Origin: Pachysolen tannophilus NRRL Y-2460 | Taxonomy: Eukaryota | Direction: 5' to 3' | Length of the DNA: 64,000 nucleotides | Assembly: GCA_001661245.1 (NCBI GenBank) | Contig: KV454012.1 | Span: 712,147-776,146, forward strand | Part shown: piece by piece, positions 54,597-64,000 of the stretch | Position numbering within the stretch: the stretch's first letter is position 1 | How the letters are laid out: each line of letters starts with the position of its first letter | Translations under genes and position numbers: made by a program | Notes under the pieces: model-generated | Told to the model about the DNA's origin: nothing | The model's database searches: none | Seen by the model: only the letters and a program-made list of their open reading frames with translations

Positions 54597-55592
54597 ATGC
54601 CTGCTGAATTATCTGATGTTGTTGTTAGCAACAGCTTTGATAATGTTAGTAATATAGATAATACAGATTTTGGAGATTTTTATCCAGAAACTGTAACTGT
54701 TAATTTTATGGATAATCAGAGTGTGGCGGTTATTCATGAACAACGTTTTACACCTCAATTGGATTTTGAAGATTTGAATAATATTGCTTCAATTGAACAA
54801 TGTTTTTCTAATCAAGCATTGAGTTATAGAAGTATTTTAATTGATAGTTTAAGAACTTTTAATCAAAGATTTCCACCTCATAGAACAATTTTAGAAACTT
54901 TCCCTAAATTACAATTTATTATACTGTTAGGTCATAAAAAATATAAAAGATTTTTAGATTTTAAAAAAAATTCTAATGAATTTGGAAATAAAAAAACTTT
55001 TATTGAATTAAATGATGATATTTATTCTTTAGAAGAAGATTTTATTGAAACTCAATTAAAATCATTAGATAAAATTGAAAATATAAATCAAAATATTTTT
55101 AATGATTATATTGAAAGACAAATTTTAGATAAATTAAAATCTGATAATAATAATGGAAATATTGATTTAGGTTTATATGAAATACATAATCATTTAATTG
55201 ATGGAAATAATGAAAAAAATCAAGATTCTTCTATTATAACAGAATATATTAGCATGTCTGAATTATCAAATATAGATACTTTAGAAGATCAAATTCATTC
55301 AAATTTTTTATTAAGAGAACAAAATGATAATGAAAATTTTAATTATCTCAGTGAATCGGATCTTAATTTACCTCAAGAAGATGAATCTTTAGAATATTCT
55401 TGTGATACTGAATTTAATTATGATCAAGAAATATATGAACAACCTCAAACGGAATATGAATTCAGTAACAGAAGTGCTGAAATAAGAAATCAAATATTAA
55501 GCTCCGAACTTCTGGAACTTGATGCAGAACAACTTAGAGAATATCTAACTCGTGTGGATGAATATAGAATATTAGTTACTTCAGAAAATTAA
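54597..55592 (+). CDS. Hypothetical acidic protein
   Basis: 331-codon ATG-initiated ORF with genome-typical codon usage; no family recognised. Confidence 0.6.
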   Translation: MPAELSDVVVSNSFDNVSNIDNTDFGDFYPETVTVNFMDNQSVAVIHEQRFTPQLDFEDLNNIASIEQCFSNQALSYRSILIDSLRTFNQRFPPHRTILETFPKLQFIILLGHKKYKRFLDFKKNSNEFGNKKTFIELNDDIYSLEEDFIETQLKSLDKIENINQNIFNDYIERQILDKLKSDNNNGNIDLGLYEIHNHLIDGNNEKNQDSSIITEYISMSELSNIDTLEDQIHSNFLLREQNDNENFNYLSESDLNLPQEDESLEYSCDTEFNYDQEIYEQPQTEYEFSNRSAEIRNQILSSELLELDAEQLREYLTRVDEYRILVTSEN

Positions 55593-56899
55593 TATTAATA
55601 TCACCATCATCATTTACAAGTTTATTTTTGTTTTTTTTTCTTTCTTATTTGTTTTTGCCAAATTTATCAGTAATTATGAAAAAAGATAAATAAATTTTTT
55701 ATAAAGCAGCAGCAACAGTTTCTCAATGTAGTCTTTGTTTGAATATGTTACTTTTTTTTTTCACTTTAATATCATTTCTTCTTTATATCTCAATGATAAA
55801 AGTGTGTTTAACTTTGGTTAGTTAAAAGGAAACCAGTAGTTGCATATAGTTGCATAATCAATAATTTAACACATTTACCATTTTTCTGATGAATCAGAAA
55901 AAAAGTATCATTCGAGCAATGAAATTAGGTATTCCCACTTTCCGAAGACAGCAACTGTCAAATAAATTGACCTAATTTGAAAATCATAAGTTTTAGAATT
56001 TTAGAAAATGTAAAAAGAATGTTTCAAAAAGAGAATAATGATGTGTGTGTGTTTTTTTTTTTGAAAAGAGAAACTTTGAGGATAGAAGATTCATCTGGAA
56101 TAGATGATTATTACTCTTTGATGAGAATAAAATGTACAGCTCAGTAATTAGAAAGATTAATCAAGAAAAGTTACTGTTTTAATGTGCAATAATTATTGAA
56201 ACCATATTTATGCATTTACATAACTGTGTATAAATATTGATTATCTATTTAACCATTGACAACAACTGATTTGGTTTTGTAAGACATATCAGATAGAACT
56301 TTAGAGTCATAAACAGTTTTAATCATAGATACTGCAATCTGTAATTCTACAAAGTTCTTCAGTGTTAAGTATTTAGTTGTAGCCTGGACCTAATCCTAAT
56401 CCTAATTCAGATCCTGATGTTGGGCCTGGGCCTCTGGGCCCAGGCCTGGTTCCTAACAAGTTTTGAGCCTCAAAATTAGTATTATTGTTCAATTTCTTTT
56501 AACTTTAAACAGTCTAACTTTCTAATTCTGATTCAGAAATTAGAACTAGTAATTTTAAAACGATCTAACACTCTGATTTCTAATGATATTCCCCATCAAT
56601 CTGGTATTGTATCAGCGATAAATACCTGAAGAGATTGTAATTTAACCGATAATCGCGGACGGCGAAATTTCTTTTATTTTTCAAAAATTATCTTGAACCA
56701 CATCATCAAGAACGGAATAGATAATAAATGATATATATATATATATATATATATAACTAATTGATTAGACTTGACTTGAGTTCAATTTATTCATCATCAA
56801 ACTAGTTATTGTGATTTGTTCAAAGTAATCTAAGAGTTAAAGAGGGCCAAAAAATAAAAAAAAAAATATTTATATATATTTATATAGTTTTTTTCGAAA

Positions 56900-57523
56900 A
56901 TGGCTGATCTGCAATCAAGAATTTTATCTCACATGAATAAAAGTCATCGTATTGCGATTGAAGATTATTTATGTGTATATGGTGATGTTAAAATAGATGA
57001 TAAGATTGCGAATGTTCGGATGAAGTCTATTGATTTGGATAATTTTACTATTTGTTTTAATCATTTTGATGTTGAATTAGAAATTATTAAACCAATACCA
57101 TTTGATCCTCCATTGAAAGATATGTCAGAATCAAGAGAAAGATTAATAGAAATGGCCAAATTTGCAGCCAAGAAAAGAGGGTTTTCTCATTTCCAAATAA
57201 ATGAAATTGTTTATCCTAATTCAATTCTTTCATTTTTAATAGCATTTCTTACTTGTTATTTTATTTTAGGTGTATGTGATCCTTCAATATTTTATTATGG
57301 TTATTTACAAATTTTAAAACCTTATAGGTTTTATTTATTCTTGACATTAATTATACATGCTTTTGAACTGAAATTTTTATTATGGCCCAAATTAAGTTAT
57401 TATAGAGTTCCATTGGATTATAAGATTGAATGGGTTATTTTCGCATTATTGGAAGGATTTTTAGCTATAAAAAGGTTTAATAAGCTTGCTTCTCAATTAG
57501 AAAACCCAAAGAAAGATCATTAA
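56900..57523 (+). CDS. DUF2470-like (RI..HMN..H) domain plus C-terminal membrane segments
   Basis: RILSHMNKSH, IPFDPPL....E.RERL.EMA, IH..E and W....LEGF.AI.RF pattern typical of this fungal family. Confidence 0.65.
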   Translation: MADLQSRILSHMNKSHRIAIEDYLCVYGDVKIDDKIANVRMKSIDLDNFTICFNHFDVELEIIKPIPFDPPLKDMSESRERLIEMAKFAAKKRGFSHFQINEIVYPNSILSFLIAFLTCYFILGVCDPSIFYYGYLQILKPYRFYLFLTLIIHAFELKFLLWPKLSYYRVPLDYKIEWVIFALLEGFLAIKRFNKLASQLENPKKDH

Positions 57524-58163
57524 CCATTACTTAAAATAGTTTCTCATGTACATAGGTCCTAGAAAGTAAGTGTTTCCCTCATAAAGAATATTCATCATTC
57601 ATGAACTAAATATATATATATATATATATATTATTTCCTCAAGGGCCCTATGAGCAATTGAAGAATAAAAAAGAGTATAAAGAATTATAAATTTCTCTAT
57701 AATAGAGATAGCTTTTAAAACCATTTGAACTAAATAAACTAACTACCATTCATATCCTCCTGATAAGATAAACTCTCAATTTAAACACAAACTTGAAAAC
57801 CAACAAATTTAAGCTCCCAACCACCCCACTGATCAAACAATCAAACAATTAAACAATTTAACAATGCACCCTCGATACCTTTTCATTAGCACATTTCCAA
57901 ACTTCTCATCTGGTCCCCCTCCTACTAATCATCAACTACTTCTTTCATCTATCTGGTTACTTTTATGGATTGTTTAATACCGGTATCATCTTAATATACT
58001 AAAAGTGCACGACTGGGTTTTGTACCTCTTTTTTTTTCAGTATGAAAAAACATAAAAAATTTTTCATTTCTTTTATACCAGATAAGTGATTGGGTTTCTT
58101 TTTTTTTAATTTTATTTTTTTTCCATATTTGTTGGGATTTGGAAAGTAGCAAGTATCTTTAGG

Positions 58164-58775
58164 ATGGGTTCAAGACAGTCTAAAAGTGCCAAGAGGTCTA
58201 AGTCTCAAAATTTGTCGAGAAAAGTTGAATCAGAGGTGACATCTGATTCTGCTGCTAGAAACTTATTATCATCACAGCCTAACCTTACACCGAAATCAAA
58301 AGTTCATAAACCAAAAAAGTCAGAATTGAAAAAAAATTTGAAAAAAATTGAACTTTATGGTAAGAAGAATACTACAAGACAATATGCTGAAAAAGATTTA
58401 AATATACCTTCTTTAAATATGGCTATAAACCCAGGGGTAGTGGTTAAGAAGGGTAAGAAAAAGGGGAAAAAATTTATAGATGATCAAGATTCACTTACTT
58501 TAAATAGATTGGTAAAACAAATAAATGATGAAAAAGATTTGGTGAATGAAAGTAAATTAGAAAAAGCTAAAAGATTGGAAGAAATTAGAGAGTTGAGAAG
58601 ACAAGAATTGGAGAAAAAAGAGAAAGAGAAAACACAGAAATTAGAAGATAAGAAAAAGGAAATAAAGAATAAATCAAATCAAGCAAGAGCTCTGAGAAGA
58701 AAAAGTGCTAGGGATATTAGTCAAGAAGAAAACAAAAATGGTGGTAAATTAAAGAAATCTGTTTCATTTGCATAA
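58164..58775 (+). CDS. LOC1: 60S assembly / mRNA localisation factor Loc1
   Basis: EV..DS.ARNLL, Y.EK.L.IP.LN.AI.PG, KKGKKF..D and [19 protein letters not shown]-like motif at 58055-58066. Confidence 0.92.
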   Translation: MGSRQSKSAKRSKSQNLSRKVESEVTSDSAARNLLSSQPNLTPKSKVHKPKKSELKKNLKKIELYGKKNTTRQYAEKDLNIPSLNMAINPGVVVKKGKKKGKKFIDDQDSLTLNRLVKQINDEKDLVNESKLEKAKRLEEIRELRRQELEKKEKEKTQKLEDKKKEIKNKSNQARALRRKSARDISQEENKNGGKLKKSVSFA

Positions 58776-58873
58776 ATGTTGTTTATTTGTTCTTTTCTTT
58801 TTTCTTTTTCTTTTTTTTTTTGTTATACTATATATCTAATAAATCTGTTTAAATCAGTTTTGTAATTGTAATT

Positions 58874-59293
58874 TCATGCTTTTCTTTCTGTCTCAGCAGC
58901 AGCTTCAGCAGCTTCAACAGCTTCAGATGCATCGTTTTCATCAAACACTTGTATTTTCTTGTTCCCATTCGGCAGTTGAGTCTCATCATTTATGCGTCTC
59001 ACCACAAGATTTTTGTTAAAATATTTAAATCCATTCATATTTTCAAAAGCTTCCTTTGCATCTTCAACAGTTTCATACTTGATTTCAATGCTTGATAAAA
59101 ACTTGTCATTGTTCGGGTAAATGATATGTTTTATTGGTCCAAATGGTATAAAAATGCTGTATAAATCTGTTATCGTTGTTGATTCAGATATATTAGCTTT
59201 AAAATATACATACTGTTAGTTAAAACTGCAAATTCACACTATATATATATCTATATATATATACATACCAACACGTATAGTCGACGATTCCAT
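58874..59293 (-). CDS. Small single-RRM protein (Cyp33/PPIE-RRM-like); exons 59293-59269 and 59196-58874
   Basis: Intron 59268-59197 (GTATGT..AACTAAC..AAG) gives a 115-aa product MESSTIRVANISESTTITDLYSIFIPFGPIKHI...YETVEDAKEAFENMNGFKYFNKNLVV... Absent from the ORF track. Confidence 0.7.
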
Positions 59294-59654
59294 ATCAATA
59301 TCTTATCAATCTTTATTTACTCTTTAGTTCCTTGCCTTATGAAAACACAGGTTTATTGAAAAGTTCAATTCAAATTAATTATGTTTTACTTTATTTTTCT
59401 TTTATTTAAATTTTTAGATAATTTTTTTTTTTCAATTTATCAAAGCAATACACCTTATATACTTGAAACGAAAACACTTAATCATAAAACGAAAAAAAAA
59501 AAAGAAAAAGAGAAAGAGAAAGGGAAAGGAAGGAAGACCCGAAATATAATCTGATATAGAAGAAAGTAATTAAAAAATTTTTTTTTTTAAATTATTGGAA
59601 GAAGAAGAAAAAAAAGAAAAGAAAGTTCATTATTCTTTTCTGAAATCAATCAAT

Positions 59655-61217
59655 CTACGATCCTCCTAAACGTCTTAGTTGTTCTTTCTTCTGATTGTAA
59701 GCCAGTGCTTCAACTTTAACGAACCAAACTGTAATTCCACCAATAATTACTGTGATTCCAACTAATATGGCATTTAAAGGAATTGGATTCATTTTAAAAG
59801 TGGTATGTGTTTCTTTATCTAGGAAACTTTGTAAAAAATTGAATATTCCACTAAGACACATGATAGAACCGTAAATGGTACCAAATGTATCGAATCCGAA
59901 AACTTTAGCACAATAATCTGATATTGAAGTATAGAAGAAAGGTCTATAAGCAACAAATATTAAGACATGAATAATTCCAGCAATCATAGAATTTGGAATT
60001 ATACCCAATATACCAATAATTAATGAAAAAAGTAATAATCCACTTAATACAACAACTGTTGAACAATTATCCAAAAATAATCCAACAAATGGAATAGAAA
60101 TAATTCCTCCTAAGGGTAATGCAAAATCAAAAATTTTATTTAACATTTCTGCTTTTTCAGATGAATGTAACAAATAAGTATATTGAGTATTAATAGTTGC
60201 AACAAAATAATTTAATCTTAACATTTGAATGATTGCAAACAGACACATCAAGAAGAACCAATAAGTTCTAAACTGATATGATGCTGAAAATCCATGTAAT
60301 ATACCAAATACATTTCCTGGAGAAATTGTTTTTTCAACCAGTGTTTCAACTTCTTCAGCGTAAACTGTCTTCATTGCTTCACCTAAAGAATCTCTTCTAT
60401 TTGATGTAATTCTCATCAGCAGTTCTTGTGATCCAGTTGGCAATAATGATGTATTTTCATCTAATATGGCTTGTTCGGCGTCATTAGTAACAGTTGGGGC
60501 ATGTTCAGGATCAACTGGAATCCCATAAGATTCATGAGGCATTATGAATAATTGAGCAAATGTGATAAATAATGGAACACATAAATAAATTTTGAAAAAT
60601 TGTTGAATAGTTACAGAATTATCTAATTTGTTATATGCAATTTTATAAAGTAAAAAAATTGCAGATGAAGCATCAAATGCACCAGTTATAAAAGCTAATA
60701 CTGAACCAGATTTTTTAGGAAATGCATTTGATAATTGGAAAGATGAAATATAAGCAAATGGACCACCTAAAGCCATTGCACCATATCCAAATAAGTATGG
60801 ATCAAAATTATTTATCTTATCTGCATTGATGAAAATATAACATGATGCAAAAAGGAAAAAAGCACCAATAAATCCACAAACTCTTGGTCCAAATCTATCT
60901 AAAATTGAACCTATAACCAGAGCAGAGACATTGGTCAAAACTGCAGCAACTGTGAACATCATATTCAATTTTAAATCCCTTTCTGTACATAGTCTTGTCT
61001 TTGAATCTGCTTGGAAGTCATCTTCAATATTAAACATAGATTCAAATTGAACATCTTTATGTGAAGAGCAAAGAGAACTATAAACCCCTTCATTAACTAA
61101 AATTGGTTTTAAAGCAGCAAACCCAAAAATTGGACCTCCAGAAAGCAAACACCAAAATATAGCACAAGATATTTGTAAAAGCCTTTTACTCTTAGGAACC
61201 TGAAAATGGTATATCAT
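59655..61217 (-). CDS. FMP42: MFS/SLC43-like membrane protein Fmp42
   Basis: R.LQ..CA..WCL...GPIFGFAALKPIL..EGVY, GAFDASS, QMLR.NYFVAT and YRP.FYT..SDY..KVFGF.TFG. Confidence 0.85.
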   Translation of the reverse strand: MIYHFQVPKSKRLLQISCAIFWCLLSGGPIFGFAALKPILVNEGVYSSLCSSHKDVQFESMFNIEDDFQADSKTRLCTERDLKLNMMFTVAAVLTNVSALVIGSILDRFGPRVCGFIGAFFLFASCYIFINADKINNFDPYLFGYGAMALGGPFAYISSFQLSNAFPKKSGSVLAFITGAFDASSAIFLLYKIAYNKLDNSVTIQQFFKIYLCVPLFITFAQLFIMPHESYGIPVDPEHAPTVTNDAEQAILDENTSLLPTGSQELLMRITSNRRDSLGEAMKTVYAEEVETLVEKTISPGNVFGILHGFSASYQFRTYWFFLMCLFAIIQMLRLNYFVATINTQYTYLLHSSEKAEMLNKIFDFALPLGGIISIPFVGLFLDNCSTVVVLSGLLLFSLIIGILGIIPNSMIAGIIHVLIFVAYRPFFYTSISDYCAKVFGFDTFGTIYGSIMCLSGIFNFLQSFLDKETHTTFKMNPIPLNAILVGITVIIGGITVWFVKVEALAYNQKKEQLRRLGGS

Positions 61218-61665
61218 GATGAAAGAAACTAGATATATATATATATATACACACGCACATATATATATATATATATATATATTTAAACAACAACAAGTTA
61301 ATCTTCCTTTGAAGTGAAAATTTTTTTTTTTTGTAATTTGATAAAGAAAGGGGTCTCTTTTTTTTTTTTTTTTTTTTTTTCACTTCTACATCTTCTTCAA
61401 TTTAGTTCAAAATTAATTAATACCAATAATTTTATTACGTTGTAATTACACTAGTTAGCGGTAATATAGAATTAGATGATTTAGAAAGATGTCTCTTTCT
61501 TTCTCTCAATCTTTCTATTCAAATTTCTCTTTCTTTCCTGTAATATGCAAATCAAAATTTTTCATTCTTATCTTCGTGCAGTGCAGTACTAAATCTCGGT
61601 GCTTGCCGAACGGTATTAATCATTAATAATACATTACATTAAAGCATACAATATTGCAAATAAAG

Positions 61666-61700
<35 letters not shown>

Positions 61701-61707
61701 AGTATGG

Positions 61708-62674
61708 TCATCTACCTACGATCCAGTTGATGATATCTTTTAAATTATCTCCGTTTTTAACACTTGCTATGAAGATCCCGACGTCTCTATCTAATTCAGT
61801 GATTTCTTCTTCTTCTATATGCAGGATTTGATTATTATTATTATTATTATTATTATTGTTGGTATTATTTGGTTTGGTGACATTATTTTCATGTTCGATA
61901 CTATTCAAAGTTTCATTATTCGTAGTATTAGTTGTTACAATTTCATTTTCTCTTCTTAAAGTTATTTTATCATTTGAAAATTCTATTCCTAAGAAATTTG
62001 CAAATAATTCAATCTTATTAATAATTAAAGGACTATTACTATTATGTTTATTATTGGAATTAGTATTATTTTTATCCTTAATATGATCTTTAGTATTAGA
62101 TTTTTCCTTTGCTTTATAATAATTTGTGTTATTATTATAATTGCATAAATTTTTAAAATCATCATCTGTTAATAAATCAATTTTGTTACCAATAATTAAA
62201 ATTGGAGTACAAGAAATAGATGTTTCCAATATTACATTATGTAAAACTTTTTTAGATTCTTTTAAAGTTAACTGATCAGATAAATCAATTACATAAATTA
62301 TTAAATCTCTTGAAAGGTAATACCTTTGCCAAATAGAAGATTGAAATCGGGTTTGTCCACTTAAATCATAACATTTTATAATTAAATTCTCAACACGGAA
62401 ATAATCCAAATCACAACCAACTGTTGGAATTGTATCTTCTTGAAAACTTTGACCGCTGAGAACTTTAACTAATGATGTCTTACCAGCATTATGTAAACCT
62501 AATATAGCAAGATCCAACTATTAATAATTAAACTTTTGTGTTAGCATAAAAAAAAACAAAAAACAAAATTTTCTTCTCTTAAATTCTTAATTAATCTTAT
62601 ATACTTACTTCATTAGAATAAAAAAAAGTAAGCAATGAAAGCCACAAATTCTTAAAGTACGATAATAAAGACAT
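61708..62674 (-). CDS. Arl8-like small GTPase; exons 62674-62609 and 62517-61708
   Basis: Phase-0 intron 62608-62518 (GTAAGT..TGCTAAC..TAG) gives MSLLSYFKNLWLSLLTFFYSNE|LDLAILGLHNAGKTS..F.EDTIPTVG..DL.GQ.RF..GNKID, the Arl8 pattern without a Gly2 myristoylation site. Confidence 0.75.
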
Positions 62675-62721
62675 CTGACTTATATTATAAGTTCAATCTA
62701 TTATTCATCTCAATAGAACAA

Positions 62722-62761
<40 letters not shown>

Positions 62762-63507
62762 TGAACTAAGGTTTTTTTATTATTTAATAATAACCAAAAG
62801 GCGGAGAAATAAAATTTCTCCGTTTTGAATCCGCATTTCCTATTCGGAAACTCAAAAGGAAACGGAGAACTTTTTCCAATTTCAATTTCAATACAAAAAA
62901 CTTCTCCGCGTTTTAAATGTTGGCTATGAAAATTGTTAAACCGAAACTTTTTAAGAAACGAGGTTAATCATGAGTTGATTGATTGATTTACTTTTTAATA
63001 ATATATGTTTCAAAATATCAAATTTATTTTTTTTCTTTTTTTTAAAATATATATATATAATAAATATATATATATAGAAGTAATTTTAAAAATCTAGAAG
63101 TAGCAGCTAATATACAATTAAGGAAAGAATGTTCAAAAGAAAGTATCCTGAGGAAGAAAAAAAAAATACCCCAAGTAAAAATGAATGAGAAAAAAGAAAG
63201 AAAATAAAAATAAAATAAAATAAAGTTTATAGTTTAGTAGTTTTGTTGAAAACTCGAGAACTAATAAATAATTCTCAGAAATGCAAAATTTTTTAAAAAG
63301 TTAAAAAAAATAAAAATAATAATAATAATTGTGAACAATTCAACTTGGATTTTAAAAAAGTTGATGAAATGAGTTTTGAGTAATAAACGTTAACGTGAAA
63401 AGAAAAAAAGAAAAAAAGAAAAAAGAAAAAAAGTAAACGCGAAAGGAAAGTAAAGTAAAAGTTTAAATCTCTCGTTTTTCCTTAGTTAGTTTAAATTTTT
63501 TTTTTTT

Positions 63508-64000
63508 TTAACAGTCAATCAAAGCAACAATTTCCAAATGAATTGGACTACATTGACTTCCAATATCTTCATTGTATAAGTTGTAGAAATCGCCTGATAA
63601 ACATTGGTAAAAAGTATCATTTGAACCAAGTGACAAGAGACCACTTTCTGTAATTGCCCAACCTGCAGCATAAATAGCACCTGCTTGTGGTGGAGGACCA
63701 TCAAATTGGAATTGATAATTTGCAACAATCGAACCAATTCTTCCCTTTGAATCTGTCAAGATCGAGGAACTTAAAAATAAAGCTAAAGTATCATCAGATA
63801 AGCATGCTTCTGAAGTAATTTCTATATTACTTGTTGAAGTTGAACTTGATGATGCAGATGTTGCAGTTTCAGTGGCAGATACAGTGGTAACTGCTGATGT
63901 GCCACTTGCTGTTGTTGCACCTTCAACATCTCTCTTACGTACAACTGCTGCGGATCCAGAAGCAGCTGCAGATGATCCTGATGAGGTTGAAATGGTTTGG
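63508..64000 (-). CDS. Pir/Cis3-family cell-wall protein, 3' part (5' end outside the window)
   Basis: Open frame to the window edge; Kex2 site RKR, Ser/Thr linker and four-Cys domain ([32 protein letters not shown]...FYQCLSG.FYNLY...QC...C). Confidence 0.9.
   Translation of the reverse strand, partial: QTISTSSGSSAAASGSAAVVRKRDVEGATTASGTSAVTTVSATETATSASSSSTSTSNIEITSEACLSDDTLALFLSSSILTDSKGRIGSIVANYQFQFDGPPPQAGAIYAAGWAITESGLLSLGSNDTFYQCLSGDFYNLYNEDIGSQCSPIHLEIVALIDC

Noticed and set aside
57524..58163. Point centromere next to LOC1 (as at S. cerevisiae CEN6)
   Set aside because: No CDEI-CDEII-CDEIII arrangement is visible, and point centromeres are not expected outside Saccharomycetaceae.
601..63737. 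Many short antisense or out-of-frame ORFs inside real genes and in poly-A/T intergenic DNA
   Set aside because: Shadow ORFs, mostly with TTG/CTG/GTG starts, low complexity and no motifs.

Overview
Eukaryotic, very AT-rich budding-yeast (Saccharomycotina) draft scaffold with four N gaps, about 33 protein-coding genes and one tRNA-Pro(TGG). No mobile elements or CRISPR arrays are visible. The strongest signal is the genetic code: in-frame CTG codons repeatedly fall where homologues have Ala (RBM42 'RTAA', Ptc1 'LYTANVGD', Mrd1 'KKKA.AS' and 'D/NA.I', Mak5 'RKLVA', Med18 'QAQAQ'). This points to CUG=Ala (the Pachysolen/Nakazawaea/Peterozyma clade; Pachysolen tannophilus is my inferred best guess), so the supplied ORF translations are probably wrong at every CTG. 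The ORF track misses several genes or exons that I reconstructed by hand: a HAT-type PRP24 5' end, HAK1 exon 1, spliced MUM3, three-exon VMA21, a two-exon stand-alone Cyp33-like RRM gene, and ARL8 exon 1. The introns have degenerate branch points and two use AAG acceptors. Four genes are split at homopolymer runs, most likely sequencing errors. Several gene blocks are microsyntenic with S. cerevisiae. All homologue comparisons are from memory; no searches were run.
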